A DNA stretch of 64,000 bases from Laetmonice hystrix. Lineage: Eukaryota. This document shows positions 24,801-35,076 of this stretch, piece by piece. Position numbers and translations under genes: made by a program. Below the pieces are notes generated by a model that had not been told where the DNA came from, searched no databases, and saw nothing but the letters and a program-made list of their open reading frames with translations. How positions within the stretch are numbered: the first letter of the stretch is position 1; each line of letters begins with the position of its first letter. Location of the stretch: positions 994,001-1,058,000 of the forward strand of contig OZ249436.1 of NCBI GenBank assembly GCA_965235115.1, given 5' to 3'.

Positions 24801-26549
24801 AATGAGGGACCAGGAGCCATTCTCTATCTACTCTTGGTGAATGAGGGACCAGGAGCCATTCTCCAACTACTATTGGTGAATGAGGGACCAGGAGCCATTC
24901 TCCATCTACTCTTGGTAAATGAGGGACCAGGAGCCATTCTCCATCTACTCTTGGGGAATGAGGGACCAGGAGCCATTCTCCATCTACTCATGGTGAATGA
25001 GGGACCAGGAGCCATTCTCCATCTACTCTTGGTGAATGAGGGACCAGGAGCCATTCTCCATCTACTCTTGGTGAATGAGGGACCAGGAGCCTTTCTCCAT
25101 CTACTCTTGGTGAATGAGGGACCAGGAGCCTTTCTCCATCTACTCTTGGTGAATGAGGGACCAGGAGCCATTCTCCATCTACTCTTGGTGAATGAGGGAC
25201 CAGGAGCCATTCTCCATCTACTCTGGATGAATGAGGGACCAGGAGCCATTCTCCATCTACTCTTGGTGAATGAGGGACCAGGAGCCATTCTCCATCTACT
25301 CTTGGTGAATGAGGGACCAGGAGCCATTCTCCATCTACTCTTGGTGAATGAGGGACCAGGAGCCATTCTCCATCTACTCTTGGTGAATGAGGGACCAGGA
25401 GCCATTCTCCATCTACTCATGGTGAATGAGGGACCAGGAGCCATTCTCCATCTACTCTTGGTGAATGAGGGACCAGGGACCTTTCTCCATCTACACTTGG
25501 TGAATGAGGGACCAGGAGCCTTTCTCCATCTACTCTTGGTGAATAAGGGACCAGGAGCCATTCTCTATCTACTCTTGGTGAATGAGGGACCAGGAGCCAT
25601 TCTCTATCTACTCATGGTGAATGAGGGACCAGGAGCCATTCTCCATCTACTCTTGGTGAATAAGGGACCAGGAGCCTTTCTCTATCTACACTTGGTGAAT
25701 GAGGGACCAGGAGCCATTCTCCATCTACTAATGGTGAATGAGGGACCAGGAGCCATTCTCCATCTACTCTTGGTGAATGAGGGACCAGGGACCTTTCTCC
25801 ATCTACACTTGGTGAATGAGGGACCAGGAGCCTTTCTCCATCTACTCTTGGTGAATGAGGGACCAGGAGCCATTCTCCATCTACTCTTGGTGAATGAGGG
25901 ACCAGGAGCCATTCTCCATCTACTCATGGTGAATGAGGGACCAGGAGCCATTCTCCATCTACTCTTGGTGAATGAGGGACCAGGAGCCATTCTCTATCCA
26001 CTCTTGGTGAATGAGGGACCAGAAGCCATTCTCTATCTACTCTTGGTGAATGAGGGACCAGAAGCCATTCTCTATCCACTCTTGGTGAATGAGGGACCAG
26101 GAGCCATTCTCTATCCACTCTTGGTGAATAAGGGACCAGAAGCCATTCTCTATCTACTCTTGGTGAATGAGGGACCAGAAGCCATTCTCTATCTACTCTT
26201 GGTGAATGAGGGACCAGGAGCCATTCTCCATCTACTCTTGGTGAATGAGGGACCAGGAGCCATTCTCCATCTACTCTTGGTGAATGAGGGACCAGGAGCC
26301 TTTCTCCATCTACTCTTGGTGAATGAGGGACCAGAAGCCATTCTCTATCTATTCTTGGTGAATGAGGGACCAGGGACCTTGCAACCAGAGAGCTGGGGTT
26401 AACTAACGTGATGCCTAAATAGTTATAAAATGGACCCGTTCATAAAGTTCTGATATCTGGGCCTAAGTTTTACCTGCGTCCACATATTGTGGTACATTGA
26501 ACAAAGCGGCACCGAGCAGCGTCAGGAGCGGTTGCCAGGCAACCTGCAT
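609..26549 (-). CDS. Multi-exon mosaic receptor/secreted protein, probably a GRL101-like (LDLa-LRR) GPCR with a giant ectodomain; 24 exons (~4.8 kb CDS, ~1600 aa) in window, 3' part beyond left edge
   Basis: Manually chained exons with GT/AG boundaries and matching phases. Recognisable apextrin, FTP, FA58C, kringle, SUEL-like, CUB, CTL and LDLa motifs. The last exon has [24 protein letters not shown], resembling the atypical LDLa segment of GRL101-like receptors. LRR/7TM are not in the window, so the GPCR call is inference. Confidence 0.8.
1078..1628. repeat. 46-bp intronic minisatellite (~12 copies)
   Basis: gaaacaacccaacagttgaacggagtgagacgtcaaataatatacc. Confidence 0.95.
1779..1895 (-). 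CDS. Exon 23: LDLa repeat
   Basis: [35 protein letters not shown]; ttgcag| and |gtgagt. Confidence 0.88.
1860..3130. repeat. ~70-80-bp minisatellite derived from the exon 23 acceptor junction
   Basis: Each unit holds ttgtag|CG..AACTGTACAGACGCCGAGTTCCGGTGT. Confidence 0.9.
3277..3513. repeat. 41-bp minisatellite
   Basis: caggacagggcggacctaccaatacaatatcaccgtaccct, ~6 copies. Confidence 0.9.
3632..3957. repeat. 34-bp minisatellite
   Basis: agaagctgtctatagtgatgtctattagtttatc. Confidence 0.9.
4004..4153 (-). CDS. Exon 22: LDLa repeat
   Basis: [35 protein letters not shown]. Confidence 0.9.
4275..4420 (-). CDS. Exon 21: C-type lectin domain, C-part
   Basis: [14 protein letters not shown]...WVDGPC...HFCCKK; donor at 4275 or 4272. 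Confidence 0.8.
4483..4790. repeat. Degenerate 11-14 bp (GATAATACGAT)n satellite
   Basis: Direct inspection. Confidence 0.9.
4858..4927 (-). CDS. Exon 20: C-type lectin domain, middle
   Basis: [24 protein letters not shown] (EGxFxWxDG..V.YxxW motif). Confidence 0.85.
4960..7370. repeat. 43-bp minisatellite with nested 24-bp subarray (~5990-6170)
   Basis: agtaaacacagaagtattcagtaaggtgtttatataggcctat. Confidence 0.95.
7540..9040. repeat. 32-bp minisatellite (~47 copies) made of the exon 19 donor junction
   Basis: Minus unit GACTTCTACATCG|gtgagtgccttggggaggg. Confidence 0.95.
9027..9224 (-). CDS. Exon 19: C-type lectin domain, N-part
   Basis: [13 protein letters not shown]...[19 protein letters not shown]...DFYIG. 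Confidence 0.9.
9206..10281. repeat. 64-bp minisatellite (~17 copies) made of the exon 19 acceptor junction
   Basis: Minus unit ...cactaacttcacattgtccccttgcttag|ACTGCCCACCTGGCTGGGC. Confidence 0.95.
10536..10973 (-). CDS. Exon 18: CUB domain 2
   Basis: [18 protein letters not shown]...FTAFDI...CDGDYV...GKFC...[16 protein letters not shown]. Confidence 0.92.
11078..11297 (-). CDS. Exon 17: divergent CUB domain 1, C-part
   Basis: CQDRLY...[15 protein letters not shown]; ttttcag|; donor |gtcaga (a GC donor near 11044 is an alternative). Confidence 0.6.
11725..11900 (-). CDS. Exon 16: CUB domain 1, N-part
   Basis: [14 protein letters not shown]...[15 protein letters not shown]. Confidence 0.8.
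12002..12541 (-). CDS. Exon 15: SUEL/Gal-lectin-like domain with internal Pro-rich repeat
   Basis: [16 protein letters not shown][[11 protein letters not shown] repeats]-L...CHGRSVCTF...LTLTFAC; 540 nt, phase 1-1. Confidence 0.65.
12905..13233. repeat. 20-bp minisatellite made of the exon 14 donor junction
   Basis: Minus unit CAGGGCAG|gtacgtcattct. Confidence 0.9.
13225..13440 (-). CDS. Exon 14: FTP-like domain 2, C-half
   Basis: EIWVG...LCG...[13 protein letters not shown]...[10 protein letters not shown]. Confidence 0.75.
13709..13963 (-). CDS. Exon 13: kringle domain
   Basis: [17 protein letters not shown]...[15 protein letters not shown]...WAYCDIPLC, six Cys. Confidence 0.92.
14354..14545 (-). 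CDS. Exon 12: FTP-like domain 2, N-half
   Basis: NLAPKA..MSS...IDQNFDTC...QP...[14 protein letters not shown]; ttgcag| and |gtaagt. Confidence 0.75.
15538..15685 (-). CDS. Exon 11: FA58C domain, C-part
   Basis: TFRGGDD...[17 protein letters not shown]...CLRLRLLGC (PIxARYxR..W...LRxELxGC motif). Confidence 0.85.
15719..17167. repeat. 42-bp intronic minisatellite (~34 copies)
   Basis: gtgacagtaaaactccctgcccagtccgtatacattatcatt. Confidence 0.95.
17486..17638 (-). CDS. Exon 10: FA58C domain, middle
   Basis: [16 protein letters not shown]...VTSFYIRFG (classic F5/8C VTGxxTQG motif). Confidence 0.85.
17742..17899 (-). CDS. Exon 9: FA58C/discoidin domain, N-part
   Basis: CGIP...[14 protein letters not shown]; aacag| and |gtagat. 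Confidence 0.7.
17878..18140. repeat. ~63-bp repeat (4 copies) of the exon 9 acceptor junction
   Basis: Minus unit atattaaacag|ATGTTCCG..TGGCATCCCAT. Confidence 0.9.
18428..18780. repeat. 20/39-bp minisatellite of the exon 8 donor junction
   Basis: Minus unit TCAAAG|gtcagtatacag. Confidence 0.9.
18774..19016 (-). CDS. Exon 8: FTP-like domain 1, C-part
   Basis: [14 protein letters not shown]...LRICEVKVY (GxYV / LCEVxV motif); alternative in-frame acceptor at 19007. Confidence 0.8.
19243..19353 (-). CDS. Exon 7: FTP-like domain 1, middle
   Basis: [17 protein letters not shown] (PWWxVDL motif); ttcacag| and |gtaaaa. Confidence 0.8.
20044..20142 (-). CDS. Exon 6: FTP/F-type lectin-like domain 1, N-part
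   Basis: [10 protein letters not shown]...ALSAVDGDP (AxQ...AVDG motif); tgcag| and |gtaaaa. Confidence 0.7.
20287..20443. mobile_element. MITE with CAGTGGCGGATC termini
   Basis: CAGTGGCGGATCCAGG...CTAGATCCGCCACCTG inverted ends. Confidence 0.65.
20535..20970. repeat. 57/63-bp minisatellite of the exon 5 donor junction
   Basis: Minus unit CAATGCTTAG|gtaagg or gtaggc. Confidence 0.9.
20958..21140 (-). CDS. Exon 5: Cys/Ser-rich linker
   Basis: Open 183-nt phase 1-1 exon [14 protein letters not shown]...RCVLQQCL; gccag| and |gtaagg. Confidence 0.6.
21261..21420 (-). CDS. Exon 4: apextrin-like domain, end
   Basis: [11 protein letters not shown]...TLTFCQYQ; ctacag| and |gtgagg; phase 0 to 1. 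Confidence 0.75.
21645..23308. repeat. 55-bp minisatellite of the exon 3 donor junction, interrupted by a MITE fragment at 23149-23270
   Basis: Minus unit ACAG|gtataaactgggcc. Confidence 0.9.
23305..23486 (-). CDS. Exon 3: apextrin-like domain, part 2
   Basis: GFQPG...[26 protein letters not shown] (apextrin CCRxDG...IxLP..PFxL motif); ttgcag| and |gtataa. Confidence 0.85.
23726..24007 (-). CDS. Exon 2: apextrin C-terminal-like domain, part 1
   Basis: [18 protein letters not shown]...[18 protein letters not shown] matches apextrin WPxGxYxLP / WPxGxYC motifs; ctctcag| and |gtatgg. Confidence 0.85.
24308..26378. repeat. 39-bp intronic minisatellite (~53 copies)
   Basis: ggtgaatgagggaccaggagccattctccatctactctt. 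Confidence 0.95.
26474..26549 (-). CDS. Exon 1: start codon and signal peptide ([25 protein letters not shown])
   Basis: ATG at 26549, hydrophobic core, VDA cleavage-like end, donor CAG|gtaaaa, phase 1 matches next exon. Confidence 0.7.
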
Positions 26550-28046
26550 GATGTCCTGTCAACCACGTCACACTCAGTGTACGCGACTCCTCACAGGGGG
26601 CGCTTCCTGAGACAATCCTTGTCGTCTCTTCAGGTCATACAAAGGAGCAAGTTTTGACAACTTAATGTGGCCGTATATTATGTATGACTGATCAAAGTAA
26701 TCAACTGGGAAAGAAAACAATTATGTGGGTCTAACTAATTCGTCGCACCTGCTTCTTAAAATATCTCATAACAGTAAGGTGACACTATTATAGAAATGTT
26801 TCTAGAAATGTGATGTTTCTCCAAATCTATTGTGAGGAAGAAAACATTAGATATGAGTAAGGTGAATGGGGGGATATTACCTTTGAATCCACATGAATGA
26901 GTTACGAGATATTTCGGATAATAATCATTTTTAATTCAATGACATAAGTCACGTGCTATGATTTCTGTATTTACACCGTTCTCAATGATGATCAGCCTGT
27001 CTCGGGTCAGGTCGCCTGACAACAATAGATTCACTGCAAACGCTGACACTCTACATTGTCTTTTCGCGGATGGTACTCGATAGAATCACTCGAAGTATCC
27101 TTGAATGAGGATGTTTTAATAAGGATATTTAAATGTGAGGAATCAATACCAGCCGATGTCGACTCGAAAAGACCGAATGCTGATCGGAAATGGTTTTGTC
27201 ATATGTCTTGAATTAATCTAAGATTATAGGCGCCATCAAAGCTTGTCTTTTATTGTGTCATCCCACTCATATCGCGGTAAACATCAAAGGATTGTCACTG
27301 AAGGAAATAAAGCGCATTGGGAAACGTTAGGCGAGAATGTTGTCGGATGTCTGCTGTGATGACAATATTACAATTACATGTCTTTGTAAATATAGGAATC
27401 GCTAAGGAGGGTAGCTCACTGAACACTATGGATTATGTAAATATAGGGATCGCTAAGGAGGGTAGCTCACTGAACACTATGGATTATGCCCTTCATGCCT
27501 TATATTATTATAATCGGCTCGAAGCGGAGCTGAGAGCGTTATAGTGCATGCATAAAGCACGAGGGCGTGTCCAAAGAATGCAATATCTACGTTAGCCCAC
27601 TGCTGGAAATAAACGTTAGATTAGGCCTTTAAAGGGAATAGAAAAGTTCAAACTATCAATTTACAGGTGTTCAGCATGAACAAGCTTGTTCTTACCTACA
27701 ATTATCTTATCTTTAATAAAGGAATAATCAACCGAAATGTAGAGACATTCTCCCGCTGGCTTTGTCCGTTTGTTTACCCTATTTGGCCATTATCTCAATC
27801 TATTAATAGATATAGCTCCCGCTGTCTCCCGTGGGAAATAGCGAATGACCCGGGCGGTATTTTTAAAAAGTCGCCGTTGACAGTGTTCCACTTATCGGTG
27901 TGACCTTAGACACTTTATATGGTGTTACTGGTGTTCAAAGATACGTTAGTGAGGAACTTTTCTATTCCCTTTAACAATGGAGTCACATCAGTATATAATT
28001 GTAACATACGCAATCTTACATTGACATGTATGGGTATAAATGTTGG

Positions 28047-28800
28047 GATCGCTAGGAGAGTAACTCACTGGTATATGGAATATGTTGTAGATATTACATG
28101 TCTGCCGGAAGGCTCGGGTACTCCATGCTCTAATAACAGGTTCGAACCCCAGCCATACATGCCCAAATCACCAGAGCGTGACCGATATATCGCTATAGGA
28201 GAGTAACTGACTGGTATATGGAATATGTTGTAGATATTACAGAGCGTGACCGATATATCGCTAGGAGAGTAACTCACTGGTATATGGAATATGTTGTAGA
28301 TATTACATGTCTGTCGGAAGGCTCGGGTACTCCATGCTCTAATAACAGGGCCCAGTTTTTTTGTTTACTTTTCCACCGTGAGCAAAGGTGAGCTGAGCTG
28401 AGCAAGGGTGAGCAAAAGCTCATGCTCACCGTTTTGCTCACTGTTTTCGTTTTTTGGGGGGTTTTCCGTGAGGTTGCTCACCATGAGCACACCTCATGGG
28501 AAAAAGCAACCCAAAAAAACGCAAAAACGGCGAGAATGAGCTCATGCTCCCCCTTGCTCAGCTCAGCTCACCCTTGCTCACGGTGGAAAAGTAAACAAAA
28601 AAACTGGGCCCAGGTTCGAACCCCAGCCATACATGCCTAAATCACCAGAGCGTGACCGATATATCGCTAGGAGAGTAACTCACTGGTATATGGAATATGT
28701 TGTAGATATTACATGTCTGTCAGAAGGCTCGGGTACTCCATGCTCTAATAACAGGTTCGAACCCCAGCCATACATGCCTAAATCACCAGAGCGTGACCGA
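28047..28800. repeat. ~140-bp direct repeats, one copy interrupted by a MITE
   Basis: atcgctaggagagtaactcactggtatatggaatatg... repeated. Confidence 0.85.
28348..28610. mobile_element. ~263-bp palindromic MITE (possibly PIF/Harbinger-like)
   Basis: TIR GGGCCCAGTTTTTT...AAAAAACTGGGCCC; empty site AATAACAGGTTCGAA in neighbouring repeat copies; TSD CA (or CAG). Confidence 0.8.
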
Positions 28801-29307
28801 TTGACAAATTATGAAAGCATATAATTTCCACGGGCGCCAACGCGTGCTAAATTGTAATAAAGTATTGACTGACCTTTAAGTACGCAAGTGGTTTGTGGTT
28901 TAAGTGGGTTGTAAAGTGTAGAACTACTTGATCTTTAGTGCGGATACTTTTTGAAGTGTAGAAGACGCCGTGCAGCCATGCTTAGCGTGGGAAAGTACAG
29001 TGGTTGTGGTCTTGTTCGTGTATTATACAATTATTCGTAACATGATATTCCAATCCGCCATCACAATTTATTATTACATTGATCCGTATAAAGTTTGAAC
29101 ACAAAGTACAAATCAGAAACTAGCAGAGAATTATAGCTGTTCATCCCTTCGTAATACCTAATGTTTGATATTTGAATTCTCGCAAACTTCTCTACTGGAG
29201 CTTAGCGGTTCTATACGTACGTGCGACAACCATACTTGTTTACCTGCTAAAAAAAAGCTGATACCAAATAAAAGTCGTTTCTCGATCTGCTGTCGTTGTA
29301 AAGATCA

Positions 29308-29594
29308 TTAAATGTAGTCTACATGTAGTAATCTGCCTTTATAACCTATAAATGTAGACCCTGTCTACTCTAAATGTAATCTACATGTAGTAATCTGCCT
29401 TTATAACCTACAAATGTAGACCCTGTCTACGCTAAATGTAGTCTACATGTAGTAATCTGCCTTTATAACCTACAAAATGTAGACCCTGTCTACGCTAAAT
29501 GTAGTCTACATGTAGTAATCTGCCTTTATAACCTATAAATGTAGACCCTGTCTACGCTAAATGTAGTCTACATGTAGTAATCTGCCTTTATAAC
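29308..29594. repeat. 62-bp minisatellite
   Basis: taaatgtagtctacatgtagtaatctgcctttataacc... Confidence 0.9.
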
Positions 29595-29814
29595 TGCCTA
29601 AAAATACCGGAAAATACTCACGTTTTGTCCAGTCCCGGCGGAGTGAGTCGTGGTGTATGATCCAGTCTACAAGCGCCAACCCTCCTTCACTGTGTTTGTA
29701 GGGACACACCGACGCCTCCTGGCGCTTGTAGCTGACGCGATACACAGACATGCGCAGACATACTTTACTTTAGAATATCGGGAGATCTACAGGATCACTT
29801 TGCACTGCGTTTCT

Positions 29815-30415
29815 GTGTTTGGGTGGGATGGGGTGGTGGTAATTTACAATGGTCGGTGTTTGGGCGGAGTGGGGTGGTGGTAATTTACAATGGTTGGTGT
29901 TTGGGCGAGATGGGGTGGTGGTAATTTACAATGGTCGGTATTTGGGCGGGATGGGGTGGTGGTAATTTACAATGGTCGGTGTTTGTGCGGGATGGGTTGG
30001 TGATCATTTACAATGGTCGGTGTTTGGGCGGAGTGGGGTGGTGGTAATTTACAATGGTCGGTGTTTGGACGAGATGGGGTGGTGGTAATTTACAATGGTC
30101 GGTGTTTGGGCGGAGTGGGGTGGTGGTAATTTACAATGGTTGGTGTTTGGATGGGATGGGGTGGTGGTAATTTACAATGGTCGGTGTTTTGCGGGATGGG
30201 GTAGTGGTAATTTACAATGGTTGGGGTTTGGGTGGGATGGGGTAGTGGTAATTTACAATGGTTGGGGTTTGGGTGGGATGGGGTAGTGGTAATTTACAAT
30301 GGTTGGGGTTTGGGTGGGATGGGGTAGTGGTAATTTACAATGGTTGGGGGTTGGGTGGGATGGGGTAGTGGTAATTTACAATGGTTGGGGGTTGGGTGGG
30401 ATGGGGTAGTGGTAT
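29815..30415. repeat. ~41-bp G-rich minisatellite
   Basis: gtttgggcgggatggggtggtggtaatttacaatggtcg. Confidence 0.9.
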
Positions 30416-30861
30416 TTGTTATGGGACTGTTGCACGAATACACGAGGCCGAATACAAGAGCAAGACCTCAAACTTTCTGAATCTGACATGGGTCAACCAG
30501 CAAGTTTTGGTATTCACATGATACTGAGTGGCCCATAAAAACCGGAATAGCATATATTTCCGTTATGCTGGTGCCAAAAAACTGGTAGGCCTATGGTAGG
30601 AAAGGAAATCTTTTAATGAAAAATGACACAAAAATCATCTGATTCGGTTGATTAGTTTTTTAATGGGAGCTATTTTTGTGTGGCAAGTCTTGGTTCAACG
30701 GTACAGCACTGGTTTAACTTCTTAACCATGATACTTCACACCTTAGTGTATACGTAGGCCACGTTCCACGTTTTGTTGTTAAGTTTGAAATCCTTTAATT
30801 AGTTGGTCGCTGAGCGAGTCCTGTACGTGACATATCAGTGCTGACAACAAAGCCCCGACAA

Positions 30862-33800
30862 AGTGATGTATGCTCGGGTAGGCCCCACTGATGGCCTGGG
30901 TGTAGGAGGGTGGGGTTGGGATCAGTGATGTATGCTAGGGTAGGCCCCACTGATGGCCTGGGTGTGGGAGGGTGGGGTTGGGATCAGTGATGTATGCTAG
31001 GGTAGGCCCCACTGATGGCTTGGGTGTGGGAGGGTGGGGTTGGGATCAGTGATGTATGCTAGGGTAGGCCCCACTGATGGCCTGGGTGTGGGAGGGTGGG
31101 GTTGGGATCAGTGATGTATGCTAGGGTAGGCCCCACTGATGGCCTGGGTGTGGGAGGGTGGGGTTGGGATCAGTGATGTATGCTAGGGTAGGCCCCACTG
31201 ATGGCCTGGGTGTGGGAGGGTGGGGTTGGGATCAGTGATGTATGCTAGGGTAGGCCCCACTGATGGCCTGGGTGTGGGAGGGTGGGGTTGGGATCAGTGA
31301 TGTATGCTAGGGTAGGCCCACTGATGGCCTGGGTGTGGGAGGGTGGGGTTGGGATCAGTGATGTATGCTAGGGTAGGCCCCACTGATGGCCTGGGTGTGG
31401 GAGGGTGGGGTTGGGATCAGTGATGTATGCTAGGGTAGGCCCCACTGATGGCCTGGGTGTGGGAGGGCGGGGTTGGGATCAGTGATGTATGCTAGGGTAG
31501 GCCCCACTGATGGCCTGGGTGTGGGAGGGTGGGGTTGGGATCAGTGATGTATGCTAGGGTAGGCCCCACTGATGGCCTGGGTGTGGGAGGGTGGGGTTGG
31601 GATCAGTGATGTATGCTAGGGTAGGCCCCACTGATGGCCTGGGTGTGGGAGGGTGGGGTTGGGATCAGTGATGTATGCTAGGGTAGGCCCCACTGATGGC
31701 CTGGGTGTGGGAGGGTGGGGTTGGGATCAGGAAAGTGATGTATGCTAGGGTAGGCCCCACTGATGGCCTGGGTGTGGGAGGGTGGGGTTGGGATCAGTGA
31801 TGTATGCTAGGGTAGGCCCCACTGATGGCCTGGGTGTGGGAGGGTGGGGTTGGGATCAGTGATGTATGCTAGGGTAGGCCCCACTGATGGCCTGGGTGTG
31901 GGAGGGTGGGGTTGGGATCAGTGATGTATGCTAGGGTAGGCCCCACTGATGGCCTGGGTGTGGGAGGGTGGGGTTGGGATCAGTGATGTATGCTAGGGTA
32001 GGCCCCACTGATGGCCTGGGTGTGGGAGGGTGGGGTTGGGATCAGTGATGTATGCTAGGGTAGGCCCACTGATGGCCTGGGTGTGGGAGGGTGGGGTTGG
32101 GATCAGTGATGTATGCTAGGGTAGGCCCACTGATGGCCTGGGTGTGTGAGGGTGGGGTTGGGATCAGTAAAGTGATGTATGCTAGGGTAGGCCCCACTGA
32201 TGGCCTGGGTGTGGGAGGGTGGGGTTGGGATCAGTGATGTATGCTAGGGTAGGCCCCACTGATGGCCTGGGTGTGGGAGGGTGGGGTTGGGATCAGTGAT
32301 GTATGCTAGGGTAGGCCCCACTGATGGCCTGGGTGTGGGAGGGTGGGGTTGGGATCAGTGATGTATGCTAGGGTAGGCTCCACTGATGGCCTGGGTGTGG
32401 GAGGGTGGGGTTGGGATCAGTGATGTATGCTAGGGTAGGCCCCACTGATGGCCTGGGTGTGGGAGGGTGGGGTTGGGATCAGTGATGTATGCTAGGGTAG
32501 GCCCACTGATGGCCTGGGTGTGGGAGGGTGGGGTTGGGATCAGTGATGTATGCTAGGGTAGGCCCCACTGATGGCCTGGGTGTGGGAGGGTGGGGTTGGG
32601 ATCAGTGATGTATGCTAGGGTAGGCCCCACTGATGGCCTGGGTGTGGGAGGGTGGGGTTGGGATCAGTGATGTATGCTAGGGTAGGCCCCACTGATGGCC
32701 TGGGTGTGGGAGGGTGGGGTTGGGATCAGTGATGTATGCTAGGGTAGGCCCCACTGATGGCCTGGGTGTGGGAGGGTGGGGTTGGGATCACTGATGTACG
32801 CTAGGGTAGGCCCCACTGATGGCCTGGGTGTGGGAGGGTGGGGTTGGGATCACTGATGTACGCTAGGGTAGGCCCCACTGATGGCCTGGGTGTGGGAGGG
32901 TGGGGTTGGGATCAGTGATGTATGCTAGGGTAGGCCCCACTGATGGCCTGGGTGTGGGAGGGTGGGGTTGGGATCAGTGATGTATGCTAGGGTAGGCCCC
33001 ACTGATGGCCTGGGTGTGGGAGGGTGGGGTTGGGATCAGTGATGTATGCTAGGGTAGGCCCCACTGATGGCCTGGGTGTGGGAGGGTGGGGTTGGGATCA
33101 GTGATGTATGCTAGGGTAGGCCCACTGATGGCCTGGGTGTGGGAGGGTGGGGTTGGGATCAGTGATGTATGCTAGGGTAGGCCCCACTGATGGCCTGGGT
33201 GTGGGAGGGTGGGGTTGGGATCAGTGATGTATGCTAGGGTAGGCCCACTGATGGCCTGGGTGTGGGAGGGCGGGGTTGGGATCAGTGATGTATGCTAGGG
33301 TAGGCCCCACTGATGGCCTGGGTGTGGGAAGGTGGGGTTGGGATCAGTGATGTATGCTAGGGTAGGCCCACTGATGGCCTGGGTGTGGGAGGGTGGGGTT
33401 GGGATCAGTGATGTATGCTAGGGTAGGCCCCACTGATGGCCTGGGTGTGGGAGGGTGGGGTTGGGATCAGTGATGTATGCTAGGGTAGGCCCCACTGATG
33501 GCCTGGGTGTGGGAGGGTGGGGTTGGGATCAGTGATGTATGCTAGGGTAGGCCCCACTGATGGCCTGGGTGTGGGAGGGTGGGGTTGGGATCAGTGATGT
33601 ATGCTAGGGTAGGCCCCACTGATGGCCTGGGTGTGGGAGGGTGGGGTTGGGATCAGTGATGTATGCTAGGGTAGGCCCCACTGATGGCCTGGGTGTGGGA
33701 GGGTGGGGTTGGGATCAGTGATGTATGCTAGGGTAGGCCCCACTGATGGCCTGGGTGTGGGAGGGTGGGGTTGGGATCAGTGATGTATGCTAGGGTAGGC

Positions 33801-35076
33801 CCACTGATGGCCTGGGTGTGGGAGGGTGGGGTTGGGATCAGTGATGTATGCTAGGGTAGGCCCCACTGATGGCCTGGGTGTGGGAGGGTGGGGTTGGGAT
33901 CAGTGATGTATGCTAGGGTAGGCCCCACTGATGGCCTGGGTGTGGGAGGGTGGGGTTGGGATCAGTGATGTATGCTAGGGTAGGCCCACTGATGGCCTGG
34001 GTGTGGGAGGGTGGGGTTGGGATCACTGATGTATGCTAGGGTAGGCCCCACTGATGGCCTGGGTGTGGGAGGGTGGGGTTGGGATCAGTGATGTATGCTA
34101 GGGTAGGCCCCACTGATGGCCTGGGTGTGGGAGGGTGGGGTTGGGATCAGTGATGTATGCTAGGGTAGGCCCACTGATGGCCTGGGTGTGGGAGGGTGGG
34201 GTTGGGATCAGTGATGTATGCTAGGGTAGGCCCCACTGATGGCCTGGGTGTGGGAGGGTGGGGTTGGGATCAGTGATGTATGCTAGGGTAGGCCCCACTG
34301 ATGGCCTGGGTGTGGGAGGGTGGGGTTGGGATCAGGAAAGTGATGTATGCTAGGGTAGGCCCCACTGATGGCCTGGGTGTGGGAGGGTGGGGTTGGGATC
34401 AGTGAGGTATGCTAGGGTAGGCCCCACTGATGGCCTGGGTGTGGGAGGGTGGGGTTGGGATCAGTGATGTATGCTAGGGTAGGCCCCACTGATGGCCTGG
34501 GTGTGGGAGGGTGGGGTTGGGATCAGGAAAGTGATGTATGCTAGGGTAGGCCCCACTGATGGCCTGGGTGTGGGAGGGTGGGGTTGGGATCAGTGAGGTA
34601 TGCTAGGGTAGGCCCCACTGATGGCCTGGGTGTGGGAGGGTGGGGTTGGGATCAGTGATGTATGCTAGGGTAGGCCCCACTGATGGCCTGGGTGTGGGAG
34701 GGTGGGGTTGGGATCAGGAAAGTGATGTATGCTAGGGTAGGCCCCACTGATGGCCTGGGTGTGGGAGGGTGGGGTTGGGATCAGTGATGTATGCTAGGGT
34801 AGGCCCCACTGATGGCCTGGGTGTGGGAGGGTGGGGTTGGGATCAGTGATGTATGCTAGGGTAGGCTCCACTGATGGCCTGGGTGTGGGAGGGTGGGGTT
34901 GGGATCAGTGATGTATGCTAGGGTAGGCCCCACTGATGGCCTGGGTGTGGGAGGGTGGGGTTGAGATCAGGAAAGTGATGTATACTAGGGTAGGCCCCAC
35001 TGATGGCCTGGGTGTGGGAGGGTGGGGTTGGGATCAGGAAAGTGATGTATGCTAGGGTAGGCCCCACTAATGGCCT
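30862..35076. repeat. 62-bp G-rich minisatellite (~67 copies) seeded by the 3' end of the 4-TM gene
   Basis: gtgatgtatgctagggtaggccccactgatggcctgggtgtgggagggtggggttgggatca. Confidence 0.95.

Noticed and set aside
24444..26402. 652-aa ORF ([13 protein letters not shown])n
   Set aside because: Translation of a 39-bp intronic minisatellite that is open on both strands; not a gene
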